This document shows, piece by piece, positions 31,413 through 42,235 of a DNA stretch of 64,000 bases. Source of the DNA: an uncultured Actinomycetes bacterium (GTDB lineage Bacteria > Actinomycetota > Thermoleophilia > UBA2241); assembly GCA_963755025.1 (NCBI GenBank), contig CAVWIH010000014.1, positions 1-64,000 of the forward strand. Reading direction: 5' to 3'. A model generated the notes under the pieces. It saw nothing but the letters and a program-made list of their open reading frames with translations, did no database searches and had not been told where the DNA came from. A program made the translations under genes and the position numbers. Position 1 is the stretch's first letter. Each line of letters begins with the position of its first letter.

Positions 31413-32939
31413 ATGGTGAGAACGACCAATCGGCTCTGGAGCGTCGCCGCAGCGATACTTCTGGTCACCCTCGCAGTCCCGGCATTCGCCGACGCATCGG
31501 TTTCGGCGCCGCAGGCGCAGCAGCGCATCGTGACGTGCGCGAAGGGTACCCACTCGCTCGAGCGCCAAATCAACGTTCTGCTCGCGCAGGTCTCCAGGGC
31601 GCGCAGCCACTCCACGATCAAGACCCGCATCATGCGCGCCAGCGAGCGCGTGATCAGGCTCAACCGCCGGGTCGTGCGCCTCAACCGGGTCGTGTTGTCG
31701 TCGAGTGCCGCCGACGAGACCACCCTGACGGCGCTGCTCGCCCTCGATCACCGGCTCATCAGGGTCGACCATGCCACGGTCACCACCGACCGTCGTGCGC
31801 AGCTCGGCCACGGCTCGCATCTGGTCGTACGCGTCACCACGTTCGTGACCCGCATGAGCGCCCTGCGCGACAGGGCCTGGCGCCAGCGGCACGCGCTGCC
31901 CGATCCCACCGTGCCCGCCCCCACGCCGACGACCACACCCACCCCGGAGCCTTCAGCCACGCCGACCGCCGACCCCACGCCGACCGCGACCCCCACGGTC
32001 ACGCCCACGCCGACCGCGACCCCCACGCCCACCCCGACCCCGACCGTGACTCCCACGGTCACCCCGACCACGACCCCCACGCCGGTCTCCGGCGACACCA
32101 CGATCACCGGCCAGACCTTCAACACCTACACCATCCCCGCCGGCACCCACGACGTGGACTACGTCGACTGCACCTTCAACGGCGGTAACGCAAGCACAGC
32201 CGTGCTCACCTTGAACCAGACCTGCTACGACCTCACCTTCACCGACTGCACGGTCGGCTCGGGCCCCTGGAACGGCGTCACCATCAACGTCACAAACGGC
32301 AACATCCACGACATCACTTTCACCGGCTGCCACATCCTGGCGGCGGGGCGCATGGGCATCGAGTGCACGCAGCGTCCGGCCTCCAACACCGTGGGCTACA
32401 AGAACATGAAGTTCATCAACGACGTGATCGAGCCCTCAGCCGAAGAGGCGATGAGCTTCGACGGCGGCTACTTCGCCGCCGACAGCCTGATCGACGGCTG
32501 CACGATCAACGGCTCCGACAACTCTGCCAACCCGCAGTGGGATGGAGCTCTAGAGATCAACGGCCCGAAGGACTTCACAGTAAGTAACACCACCATCTAC
32601 GAATGCAAAGAGGGCGGTCTGAACCTTGAAGGCCAGCCTGGCGCAAACTGCGGCCTCGTGTTCGACAACGACACTGTCGACTTCTCTCAGCTCAGGGAGA
32701 CCTACCCCGTGGACAGCTCGACCGCTCGCCTCACCGAGCTGCAGAACGTCAACGGCGCGGTCTTCAGCAACTGCAAGTTCGTTCTGGGCAAGGCTTGGAA
32801 CGCGGGCTACTGGACCAGCTCCTCCAACAACGACCTCTCGACCAGCTCCATCAGTGGCAGCACGCCTGCAGGGCAAGGCAGGTCGATGTGGTCGTTGGAT
32901 TCCGGCTCTCTAAGCAACAAGATGCCGACCCAGGAATAG
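31413..32939 (+). CDS. Secreted protein: signal peptide, Arg-rich helical domain, Pro/Thr linker, right-handed beta-helix domain
   Basis: GGAGG RBS; AFA-D signal cleavage; (PT)n linker at ~31905-32085; repeated xTFTxCxI/V beta-helix rungs. Confidence 0.75.
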   Translation: MVRTTNRLWSVAAAILLVTLAVPAFADASVSAPQAQQRIVTCAKGTHSLERQINVLLAQVSRARSHSTIKTRIMRASERVIRLNRRVVRLNRVVLSSSAADETTLTALLALDHRLIRVDHATVTTDRRAQLGHGSHLVVRVTTFVTRMSALRDRAWRQRHALPDPTVPAPTPTTTPTPEPSATPTADPTPTATPTVTPTPTATPTPTPTPTVTPTVTPTTTPTPVSGDTTITGQTFNTYTIPAGTHDVDYVDCTFNGGNASTAVLTLNQTCYDLTFTDCTVGSGPWNGVTINVTNGNIHDITFTGCHILAAGRMGIECTQRPASNTVGYKNMKFINDVIEPSAEEAMSFDGGYFAADSLIDGCTINGSDNSANPQWDGALEINGPKDFTVSNTTIYECKEGGLNLEGQPGANCGLVFDNDTVDFSQLRETYPVDSSTARLTELQNVNGAVFSNCKFVLGKAWNAGYWTSSSNNDLSTSSISGSTPAGQGRSMWSLDSGSLSNKMPTQE

Positions 32940-33144
32940 CCACTCGCTCCCGACATCGGAGACGATGCTCCAGTCTCCAATCGGAGCAAGTCTGGGCAAT
33001 GCGGCAGGTCAGTCCACCGACCTTACCGCATTGCCCTTTGCCCGTATTGAAAACGCGGTTGGCTGCGTATCGGTGTCGGGCAACCTGTAGGCTAAGGGCC
33101 GCGCGGGAGCCGCGGCCACCGCATTGACCTATCAGGAGGGTTTC

Positions 33145-34014
33145 TTGGTCCCAAAAGTGGGAGATCAGCCGACTATCTCGGTAGTAACACCCTCTCTGAA
33201 CCAGGGTGAGTTCCTCGGAATGACCCTCGATTCAGTTTTGACGCAGCACTACCCCAATCTCGAGTATGTGGTCATTGATGGAGGCTCGACCGACGGCAGC
33301 GCTGAGACGATCGCCCGTCACGAAGCAGATTTGACGTATTGGGTGAGCGAGCCGGACCAAGGGCACGCCCACGCCCTCAACAAGGGCTTCGCCAAGACCA
33401 GTGGCGAGATCATGTGCTGGATCAACAGCTCCGACATGTACTACCCGTGGACGTTCGAGACCGTCGCTCAAATCTTTCGGCAGCACCCCCAGGTCGACTG
33501 GATAGTCGGCATGGCATCTTGGTTCGACATCAACGGTGGTCCAAGGGGAATCGCCCCCGGGCGCGGGACGATCAACGAGTACGACGTTCTTGCCGGGAAC
33601 TACCGGTGGATTCAGCAGGAGTCAGTGTTCTGGCGGCGCCATCTGTGGGAGCGAGCAGGCGGCCACCTCGACCAGAGTCTAAAGTGCGCAGCCGACTTCG
33701 ATCTCTGGCTGCGATTCTTTCGCCTCGCCTCTCTCTACCACGTCCAAACGGTTTTGGGCGGATTCAGGGTGCATGGCAACCGGCTGGCCGACGCAGGCGA
33801 CGGGCTCTATGAGCGTGAGGCTCGCCAAGTCCACGCGCGCTTCACTGCCGACCACGATCGAAAATCACGTGCTCGCGCCCGCCTCGTCCGCTTGGCCGGC
33901 GCTCGCGGCGCCCGGAATGTCGGCGACAACCTCAACAAGATCGGCGTCTTGGACTGGTATAGGCACCCGCGCCTGGAATTCGACTGCGACAGAATGGTGT
34001 GGCTCCTTCGATAG
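33145..34014 (+). CDS. GT2 family glycosyltransferase (WcaE/WfgS-like)
   Basis: ISVVTPSLNQ, IDGGSTDGS, SEPDQG, WINSSD, ADFDLWLRF; TTG start after GGAGG. Confidence 0.88.
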   Translation: MVPKVGDQPTISVVTPSLNQGEFLGMTLDSVLTQHYPNLEYVVIDGGSTDGSAETIARHEADLTYWVSEPDQGHAHALNKGFAKTSGEIMCWINSSDMYYPWTFETVAQIFRQHPQVDWIVGMASWFDINGGPRGIAPGRGTINEYDVLAGNYRWIQQESVFWRRHLWERAGGHLDQSLKCAADFDLWLRFFRLASLYHVQTVLGGFRVHGNRLADAGDGLYEREARQVHARFTADHDRKSRARARLVRLAGARGARNVGDNLNKIGVLDWYRHPRLEFDCDRMVWLLR

Positions 34015-34817
34015 GCCGAGCCCGACGCGGGCGAGCAGCCCCTCGCGCTGTGCGCGCCCCTGGGACCCCTGACCCAAGGCCCAGCCCACCAAACGTGAGA
34101 CGCGGATACGCTTCATGCGATCCCTGTAGTGGTTCGGACTGGTCTCCCGGAGGATCGCCAGGTACTCTCTGTCGTCGCCGAGCGCCCGGTAGTCGCGCAA
34201 GGTGTCGATCAGGCTTCGTTTTGCGACCGTGAGCCGGTCGGACCCTTCGGTGTGGACGACAAGAAGGGACGGCGCAACGTAGTATCGGCGCGCTCTGCGT
34301 CCGATCTTCAGCCATAGGGTCTCCTCGCCCCAGGGAATGCGCTCGTCGAACCGCATACCCCGAGCAGATCCGTGCGCGTGATGCCCCAGTGCACACCACC
34401 GACCAAGGCGGGGTCGAGCCAGCCGTCGACGTCGACCCCCGTCCCAGTCAAGCCCCCCGTGACAGAGTCGACGGCGTTGCAATCGACTGCTGTGGCCCCG
34501 GTGCGCTCAGCAGCGGCCATCATGACGGAGAGCGCGTCAGGCGCCATCTCATCGTCGGAATCGAGCGTCGTGAACCACTCGCCCCTGATGCGATCGAACC
34601 CCGTGTTCTTCGCGGCCGTCACCCCACGGTTCACTTTGTGACGCGCGAGCCTGATGCGAGGATCATCGTAACGCTCGATGACCTCGACTGAACCGTCTGT
34701 CGAGCCATCGTCGACAACGATGAGTTCCCAATCGTCGGAGTCCTGCATCAGCACACTGTCGATGGCCCTCCCGATCGTGCGCTCGCGGTTGTAGTTGGCG
34801 ATGATGACACTGATCAA
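33865..34817 (-). CDS. GT2 family glycosyltransferase (frameshift near 34358; true 3' end uncertain)
   Basis: ISVIIANYNR, VDDGSTDGS, TLDSDD; continues as RFDERIPWGEETLW in another frame. Confidence 0.75.
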
Positions 34818-34952
34818 CGGATCCCTCCCGGCCGGCTACCTCCATGTTACCATCGGCAGCAAGGTCGGACTTCACCACAGTACGAGTTTCATCGCTGATT
34901 CTCGGAGCGCTCTTGCGGGTGCTGGCGCACGGCCACAAGTCGCGGGAGATGA

Positions 34953-35868
34953 TCAGGAGTCCGGCGGACTCACGGCGGAGGCGGCGGCGAGCCCGGCGCT
35001 CGGCTCGTTGGACAAGAGCTTGAGCCGACAGCACTCGGCGATCAGGTCGGCGGCATGCCACTCGACATCGTCGGCCACGCGCAGCTCGCCCAGCCGCTCG
35101 AGCACCGCCCTGGTCGCCGCCGCCATCGGGCCGGCCTGTCCGATATCCGAAAGCCAGCGGACGGTCTCGTCGAGCTCCTCGACGCGGCGCGCGACGTGGC
35201 GTGGGTAGCTCGGCAGGAGCCGCTCGACGCTCGCCATGCTGCCGGGGTAGAAGTCGGCCAGGCGATCGAGCAACTCGCCGCGCTGTCCGAGGCGGTCGGC
35301 CGCCGCGGCGGCTTCGAGGACGAGCGCCACGAGCCCTTTGTTGAAGCCGGCGAACGAGAGCTTGAACGCCGACGCCAGGCCCACGTCGGCGCCCAGCACG
35401 CGTACCCGCAGGGCCGGCTCGAGGAGGGCGCCCAGGCGCTGCGCCCCGGGGCCGCTCAGGTAGAGCGTCGTCTGGCCGCCGATCGTCGCCGCCCCGCCCA
35501 CGAACGCGCCGTCGACGGCTTCGCAGCCGGCCGCGGCGGCGAGGGCGAGCGCGGCGCGCCGCCGTTTGCGGCGCCACCGAGTTGGCGTCGAGGTAGCACG
35601 GCTGGGCACCGGTACGGCCGACGGCCGCGGCGCAGGCCGCAGCCGTGGCGACGACGGCGTGCTGGGGCACGAGCGAGACGACCAGGTCGGCCTGCGCGAC
35701 GACATCGTCGAGCGAGGCGAGGACTTCGACCCCGGCGGCTCGCGCCAGGGCGCCGGTGCGCGCGCCGCGCCCATCGAGGCAGGCGACGGCTCGCCAGCCG
35801 CGCTCGGTAAGGCGGCGCGCCAGCGCGGCGCCCATGTCGCCCGGGTAGAGGACGGCGACGGTGCTCAC
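34953..35868 (-). CDS. NAD(P)-dependent oxidoreductase, 6PGD/DUF1932-like (frameshift near 35565)
   Basis: VAVLYPGDMG, YLDANSVAP, VDGAFVG, LYLSGP, ASAFKLSFAGFNKG, RRVEELDE. Confidence 0.8.
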
Positions 35869-37086
35869 CGGGCAGTTCCCCGAGCCGCGTCGTCGCACAC
35901 GCCCAGGCGCCGCGCGACGAACTTCGCGGCGTGTCCGGCGAACGACATGGAGCCCACCAGCGAAGGCAGCGGGTCGGACCAGCTGAAGAAGGGCAGCACC
36001 TGGCGATGGGCGATGCTGGCGAGGTAGGCCGCGCCCGTCGCCTCGCCGCGCGCCCGCGCGGCCAGGAAGCTGCGCAGGTCCTTGCCGGGGCGCCAGAAGT
36101 CGCAGGCCCCGGCGGTAGACGCGGTCGGCCGGCGGCGCCGGCCGGCGGCCGACCAGGCGCTCGTAGACGAACAGGCCGAGGTCGCAGCCGCTCGCCACGA
36201 GGAGCCCGTTGGCGGCGGTGAAGCGGGCGTTGCACTCGATGACCTTGAGGCGTCCGTCGCGCTCGTCGCGCTTGAACTCGACGTTGCCCACGCCCTGCAG
36301 GCCGGCGTGGCGCAGCAGCCGCAGCGCCAGGTCGCGGGCTTCGGGGATCCAGTCGGTGACGTGGTAGCAGCCGATGCCTTCGCCGGCCGGGAAGCGCCGC
36401 ACGATGCGCTTGGTGAAGTCGCAGAGGGGCGTCCCGTTCTCGTCTAAGTAGGTGTAGTAGCTGCAAAGGCGGTCGTCGGCGCCCGGTATCTCTTCGAGCA
36501 GCACGACGTCGAGATCGTGCTCGCGCACGCGGCGATACGCGGCCAGGAGCTCGGCGAAGTCGTTGACCCTCACGAACTTGGCGCCGGCGAACACGGCCTG
36601 GAAGCGGTGCGAGTAGAGCGGTTTGACGAGCAGCGGGTACACGTAGTCGCCTTGCTGGGCTTCGACCTGCGCGACGCTGTCGGCCGACCAGAAAAGCGGC
36701 GTGGGCACCCCGGCGTCGCGCGCCGCGCGATAGGTCGACAGCTTGTCGAGCATGAGGCGCTGGGCGCCGGGGTCGGAGATGTCGAGCACGAACTTGGCGG
36801 CGAGCGCGGCGCGGTGCTGCATCAGGATCTCGATGCCGGCGTCGGAGCAGGCGAGCAGCACGGCGCCGCGCCAGGGTTCGGACTCGTCGCCGAGCAGAAA
36901 GCGCTCCCACGACCCCTGGTCGCTGCCGGTGCGCCGGCCCCCGTCGCGCGCGTAGCGCGAGTAGCGGTCGGGCGAGCGTTCGGAGGTGAGCAGCAGCACC
37001 CGGACGCCCCGACGGCCGAGACTGCGCGCGACCGAGAGGGCGTTGCCGCCCGCGCCGCCGACGATGATCGCGGGGGGCAGGCTCAA
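35865..37086 (-). CDS. ATP-grasp carboxylate-amine ligase, D-aspartate-ligase-like (frameshift near 36090)
   Basis: NALSVARSLG, LDKLSTY, GVPTP, YPLLVKP, EEIPG, NVEFKRDERDGRLKVIECNARF, WSDPLP. Confidence 0.8.
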
Positions 37087-38153
37087 CGGGGGGCCGCCAG
37101 GCGCTCGAGCACCATGACCGCGACCGGCACGCCCGGCCCCTTGCGCAGGTAGTGGTAGTAGTAGCCGGGCGTGGCGTTCACTTCGATCACCTTGCCGCCG
37201 GCCTCGGCCAGGGCCACGGTGGGATCGGGCGTGATGACGTCGACCCCCACCAGCCGAGCGGCGATCGCCGCCGCCGTGCGCGCGCCTTCGGCGACGAGCG
37301 CCGGGCAGAGCGTGCCCATGACGTCCTCGTTGTCGTCGCGGCGGTTGTCGTTGACCACGTTCTTGAGCACCACGACCCGGTCTGAGCCGGGCACCGCGCG
37401 CAGCCAGAGCCCCTGGCCGCGCAGCGTCTCTTTGAGCTCCCAGTCGATCTGCACGAGCGACTGGCCGCCCTCGATGCCGGCCTCGGTGCGCGCCCGGTTC
37501 TCGGACTCGATCAGCTGCCGCATGGTCGAGATACCGTCGCCGCGCACCGTCGGCGGCCGCCGCAGCACGGCGTCGAGCAGCTCGCCGTCGAAGTAGAGCA
37601 GGCGGTAGACCCCGCCCGCCACGTGCTCCTCGATCAGGACCTCGTCGCAAAAGACGGCGGCCTTGACCAGCGCGACCGCCAGGCGCGCCTGGCCGCGCAC
37701 GCCCGTCGTGATGCCGGTGCCGCCGGCGCTGCCCCGGGCCGGCTTGACCACGCAAGGCGCGCCGGCCGCCTTGACGAATCGCCAGGCGGCGGCCAGGTCG
37801 TCGGCGCGACAGACGTGGTGGCGGGGCACCGGGATGCCGCGCTCGGTCAGCAGCCGGTAGACGAGCGGCTTGTCTTCGGCGATGGCGACCGTGACGGGAT
37901 CGTCGAGCGAGGTGACGTTGTTGCGCGCGCGCAGCACGACGTCGCCGCAGGCGATCTCGAGCAGGTGCGGCTGCAGGCGGCGCACCGAACCCCCCACCGC
38001 CGCCGCCGCTTCGGTCCACACGTTGTCGTAGAACGACGAGCGCCGCTCGTCGACCTGCCGTTTGGCAGGCGTACGCACGTAGAGCTTGTTGGCCACCTTG
38101 CCGGCCAGGGCAGCCGAGTCGAGCATCGTTCGTGTGATAGTCACGCCGGCCAC
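37083..38153 (-). CDS. Stand-alone ATP-grasp ligase resembling the cyanophycin synthetase/GshAB ATP-grasp domain
   Basis: AEDKPL, GIPVP, PCVVKPARGSAGGTGIT, LIEEHVAG, YRLL, PPTVRGDG, GVDVIT, IEVNATPG; no Mur ligase domain. Confidence 0.8.
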   Translation of the reverse strand: MAGVTITRTMLDSAALAGKVANKLYVRTPAKRQVDERRSSFYDNVWTEAAAAVGGSVRRLQPHLLEIACGDVVLRARNNVTSLDDPVTVAIAEDKPLVYRLLTERGIPVPRHHVCRADDLAAAWRFVKAAGAPCVVKPARGSAGGTGITTGVRGQARLAVALVKAAVFCDEVLIEEHVAGGVYRLLYFDGELLDAVLRRPPTVRGDGISTMRQLIESENRARTEAGIEGGQSLVQIDWELKETLRGQGLWLRAVPGSDRVVVLKNVVNDNRRDDNEDVMGTLCPALVAEGARTAAAIAARLVGVDVITPDPTVALAEAGGKVIEVNATPGYYYHYLRKGPGVPVAVMVLERLAAPR

Positions 38154-38154
38154 C

Positions 38155-38880
38155 CTACGGCGTGATGACGCAGCCGCTCTCGGCCAGCAGGTCGTCGACC
38201 CAGGCGTTCGAGAACTCGCCCCTCTTCACGCCCGCGAAGTAGTCGCGGTTCTTGGCGGCGTAGGCCGTGAGGCGTTCGAAGATGTCGTGGGCGTTCTCGC
38301 GCGGCACGATGACGACGCCGTAACCGTCGGCCACCACGATGTCGCCGGGGTTCACGACGACGCCGCCGCAGCAGATCGGATAGTTGATCTCGCCCGGCCC
38401 GCGGTGCAGGGGGCCGATCGGCGTGGTGCCGCGGGCGAAGATGGGAAAGTCGAGCGGCACGATCTCGGGCAGGTCGCGGATGTAGCCATCGACCACAAAG
38501 CCGGCCAGCTTGCGATGGCGCGCCTTGGTCGAGATCAGGCCGCCGAGCGCGGCGTTCATGCGCGAGCCGCCGGCGTCGACCACGACGACGTCGCCGGGCT
38601 GGGCGACGTCGAGCGCCTTGTGCACCATGAGGTTGTCGCCCGGATAGACCCTGACCGTGCAGGCGGGGCCGATGAGGTGGTGGTCGTCGCCGGTGACGCA
38701 TTTGATCTGCGAGGCTAGCGCGTAGAGCCGGTTGAGCTGGTCGGAGATATCGGGCGAGTCGAACGCCGCGAAGCGCTGCATGAACTCGTGGTCGAGGCGC
38801 TCGAACGACAGACGGATGCGAAAGCCGGGGCCCGGGTTGATCTCGGCCGACTTGGGTTTGTTGGGTACGGCTGTCGACAC
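38155..38880 (-). CDS. RraA / HMG-CHA aldolase family protein
   Basis: DISDQL, GPACTV, PGDNL, QPGDVVVVD, VVDGYIRD, VNPGDIVVADGYGVV; GGAGGAGG RBS. Confidence 0.88.
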   Translation of the reverse strand: MSTAVPNKPKSAEINPGPGFRIRLSFERLDHEFMQRFAAFDSPDISDQLNRLYALASQIKCVTGDDHHLIGPACTVRVYPGDNLMVHKALDVAQPGDVVVVDAGGSRMNAALGGLISTKARHRKLAGFVVDGYIRDLPEIVPLDFPIFARGTTPIGPLHRGPGEINYPICCGGVVVNPGDIVVADGYGVVIVPRENAHDIFERLTAYAAKNRDYFAGVKRGEFSNAWVDDLLAESGCVITP

Positions 38881-39053
38881 GACGACCTCCTCCTGGTGCG
38901 GTGCGCTGCTCGCGGCCACGAGCTTAGGCCATTATCCCACGCACGGCCAACGGCGGCCGAGCGAGACTTAGGGCAACGAGGATGCTAGCCTTCGCCTCAA
39001 GAGCGCGCGCACGCGGCGCGCCGCGCGGGCTTGGGGCGGGCCGGGAGGAGCCG

Positions 39054-40332
39054 TTGAGTAGCAGCCAGAAAGTGGGAAGCGGTGTTCCCGAGGGGGCGCT
39101 GCCGGCCGGCGACGCCGGCCGGCAGCGCCCCCTCGAAGTCGTCATTCTCGGCGACTGGCTGCGCTTTCCGCACGGTATGGCGGCCACCAGCCGCGCCCGC
39201 CTCGTGGCGCGGGCGCTGGCCGAAGCTGGCGTGCGCGTGCGCGTCGTGGTGCTGCAGGCCGGCGACCGCGCCTCGCACGTCGAGAACACGGCCGTGCGGG
39301 GCGTCTTCGACGGGATCCCGTTCGAGTACACCTGCGGCACGACCGTACGCCACGACTCGTTCGCGGCGCGCCGCCTGATCGCCGCCTGGGGCTGGGTGCA
39401 CGGCGCCCTGCGCCTGATGCGGCTGCGCGCCGAGGGCCGCCTCGACCTCGTCTGCCTGTGGTTCTGGACGCCAAGACCCGCCGCGCGCCTCGCCGTGTTC
39501 ATGCTCCTGCTGCGCCTGCTCAAGGTGCCGGTCGTGCGCGAGGTCGACGAAAGCACGTGGTCGCAACGCGACGAGACGACCGCCCTCGAGCGCCTCTGGT
39601 CGCCGCTGTCCGGCATGGCCGGCGTGCTCGCCATCTCGGCCGAGCTCGACCGCTGGGCCCGAGCCGAAGCCCGGGGCCGGCCGCTGCGCGTCGTCGAGGT
39701 GCCCATCCTGGTCGACGTCGACGAGCATGCGCCGAGCGCGTATCCCGACGGCGACCCGGTGGTCGTCTTTGCGGGCGCACCGGGCTACAACGAGACGATC
39801 AGGTTCATCTTCGCGGCCATGGACGAGGTCTGGCGCAGCCGGCCCGACTGCCGCCTGGCGGTGACCGGCGCCGACCCGCACGACCCCGCGTCGGACTGGC
39901 TGCGGGCCGAGGTGCGCGACGCCGGCCTCGGCGGCCGCGTCGACCTGGTGGGCTATCTCGACCGCGACGAGCTGCTCGCGCTGTACGCGCGCGCCCACGC
40001 CCTGCTGATCCCGCTCTTCGACAACACCCGCTCCAAGGCCCGCTTTCCGACCAAGATCGGCGAGTACCTCGGCGGCGGCGCGGCCGGTGGTGACGAGCGA
40101 CGTAGGCGAGATCCCGCGCTACTTCACCGACGGCGTCGACGGGGTCGTGTGCCCGCCCGGCGACCCGGTCGCCTTTGGCCGCGCCATCGTCGACCTGCTG
40201 GCCGACCCCGCTCGCGCCGCGCTCATCGGCCGCCGCGGGCGGCTGGTCGCCGAGACGCAGTTCCACTACGCACTGTACGGAGAGACGCTGGCGCGCGCCT
40301 TCGCCGAGACCGTCGGCGTGGCTGCGTCATGA
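39054..40332 (+). CDS. GT4 family glycosyltransferase (frameshift near 40075)
   Basis: FPHGMAATSR, GYLDRDEL, ARFPTKIGEYL, then PVVTSDVGEIP in a shifted frame. Confidence 0.82.
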
Positions 40333-40348
40333 GAGGCAGGGGGACCGC

Positions 40349-42235
40349 ATGTGCGGCATAACCGGGATCCTGCATCACTCCGTCGACGAGGCCGTCGACC
40401 CGGCGCTGGTCCACGTCATGACCGACGTGCTCGAACATCGCGGCCCCGACTCCGACGGCTTTCACCTTGAGCCGCGCGTGGGCGTGGGCGCCCGCCGCCT
40501 GAGCATCATCGACCTGGCGACCGGCGACCAGCCCATCGGCAACGAAGACGGCACCGTGTGGGCGGCCCTGAACGGCGAGATCTACAACTACGTCGAGCTG
40601 CGCACCCGCCTGATCGAACAGGGCCATCGCTTTCACACCGGCTGCGACACCGAGGTCATCGCCCACCAGTACGAGCAGGACGGCCTCGACTGCGTGCGCC
40701 GCTTCCGCGGCATGTTCGCCTTCGCCGTGTGGGACGCGCGCAGCGGCGAGCTCATGATCGCCCGCGACCGGTTCGGCATAAAGCCGCTGTTCGTAGCCGA
40801 GGCGCCCGGCGCGCGCATGGCCTTCGCCTCTGAGATCAAGTCGCTCCTGCACCTGCCGTGGCTCGACCGTTCGTGGAACGCCGAGGCGCTGCGCGCCTAC
40901 CTGCAGGTGGGCTACGTGCCCTGTCCCATGACCGCCTACAACGGCGTGCGCAAGATGGCTCCCGGCACCGCCGAACTGTGGCGTCTGAGCGACTCCGACC
41001 ACGGCGGAGGTCTGCAGCGCAGCTCGCGCTACTGGGCCCCGCGCCTGGTGGCGGCCCGCCCCGTGCCGTCGTTCGACGAGGCGCGCGAGCGCGCCGCCGA
41101 GCTGCTGCAGGAGAGCATCCGGCTGCACCTGCGCAGCGACGTGCCGCTCGGCGCGTTCCTGTCCGGCGGCGTCGACTCGAGCACCGTCGTCGCCCTCACG
41201 CACGCGAGCGGCGTCCACGACCTGAAGACGTTCTCGATAGGCTTCGAGGGCGAGGCCTCGAGCGAGCTGCCCTACGCCGACCGGGTGGCGCGCCACCTGG
41301 GCACCGACCACCACACCGAGATCGTAGGCGCCACCGAAGCGCGCCTGCTGCCCGAGCTGCTCGCCCGCTTCGACGAACCCTTCGCCGACGCTTCGGCGAT
41401 CCCCACCTTCCTCGTGAGCAGGCTGGCGCGCCAGCACGTGACGGTCTCGCTGTCGGGCGACGGCGGCGACGAGCTCTTCGCCGGCTACCCGGTCTACGCC
41501 GCCCTGGCGCCCTACCGGGCCATCGACCGCGTGCCGCTCGCGCTCCGGCGCCCGCTGTCGCGGGTGGCGGCGCTGGCCATCTCCGAGGGCGCCCGCGGCG
41601 GCGGGTTCGTGCGCCGCATGACCTCGCCGAAGGAGCTGCGCTACCTGTCGCTGCGCCACGGCCTCACGCCCCTCGAGGGGCCGGTCATGGACGCGCTGAG
41701 CCCCTCCTTCGCGTCGTTCCTGCGCGAGGTCGGCGACGCCGGCTGGCAGCTCGGCTTCACCTACGACGGCAGCGTCGGCGACGCCCAGCGCATCGACCAG
41801 TCGACCTACCTGATCGACGACGTGCTGACCAAGGTCGACCGCAGCAGCATGGCGGTCTCGCTCGAGGCCCGCGTGCCGCTGCTCGACCACGTCTTCGCCG
41901 ACTACGTCAACGCGCTCCCGCTCTCGTTCAAGCAGCGCGGCTCCCGCCAGAAGATCCTGCTCAGGGCGATCGGCGAGCCGCTGCTGCCCAAAGGCATCTT
42001 CGACCGCCCCAAGCAGGGCTTCTCCGTGCCCCTGCGCACGTGGCTCGACGGGCCGCTCAGCAAGTTCTCGCGGGAGCGGCTCATAGGCGACGAGGTCGGG
42101 CTGTTCTCGCAAGCCGGCGTGGCGGCGCTGCTCGAGCTGCAGCACTGCAGCACGCGCAACATGAGCCCGCGCGTGTGGACGCTGCTCAGTCTGGCGACGT
42201 GGGCGGAGGCGGCGCGCAGCGGGGCGCCGTGGTGA
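40349..42235 (+). CDS. asnB: Glutamine-hydrolysing asparagine-synthase family amidotransferase
   Basis: MCGI, HRGPD, RLSIIDL, NGEIYN, RDRFGIKPL, LSGGVDSS, SGDGGDELFAGY, KVDRSSM. Confidence 0.93.
   Translation: MCGITGILHHSVDEAVDPALVHVMTDVLEHRGPDSDGFHLEPRVGVGARRLSIIDLATGDQPIGNEDGTVWAALNGEIYNYVELRTRLIEQGHRFHTGCDTEVIAHQYEQDGLDCVRRFRGMFAFAVWDARSGELMIARDRFGIKPLFVAEAPGARMAFASEIKSLLHLPWLDRSWNAEALRAYLQVGYVPCPMTAYNGVRKMAPGTAELWRLSDSDHGGGLQRSSRYWAPRLVAARPVPSFDEARERAAELLQESIRLHLRSDVPLGAFLSGGVDSSTVVALTHASGVHDLKTFSIGFEGEASSELPYADRVARHLGTDHHTEIVGATEARLLPELLARFDEPFADASAIPTFLVSRLARQHVTVSLSGDGGDELFAGYPVYAALAPYRAIDRVPLALRRPLSRVAALAISEGARGGGFVRRMTSPKELRYLSLRHGLTPLEGPVMDALSPSFASFLREVGDAGWQLGFTYDGSVGDAQRIDQSTYLIDDVLTKVDRSSMAVSLEARVPLLDHVFADYVNALPLSFKQRGSRQKILLRAIGEPLLPKGIFDRPKQGFSVPLRTWLDGPLSKFSRERLIGDEVGLFSQAGVAALLELQHCSTRNMSPRVWTLLSLATWAEAARSGAPW

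Noticed and set aside
31905-32085. DNA tandem repeat as mobile or contingency element
   Set aside because: Encodes an ordinary Pro/Thr linker.
33865-34014. 150-bp convergent overlap of two GT2 genes as functional antisense
   Set aside because: The overlapping tail is non-homologous and probably reflects another indel or lost stop.
34663-38019. 1118-aa ATP-grasp/oxidoreductase fusion
   Set aside because: Frameshifts at ~36090 and ~35565 join separate genes; a GTGA stop/start overlap exists at 35865-35868.
37083-38153. Cyanophycin synthetase (cphA)
   Set aside because: Only the ATP-grasp portion (356 aa); Mur-ligase domain and cyanophycinase are absent.
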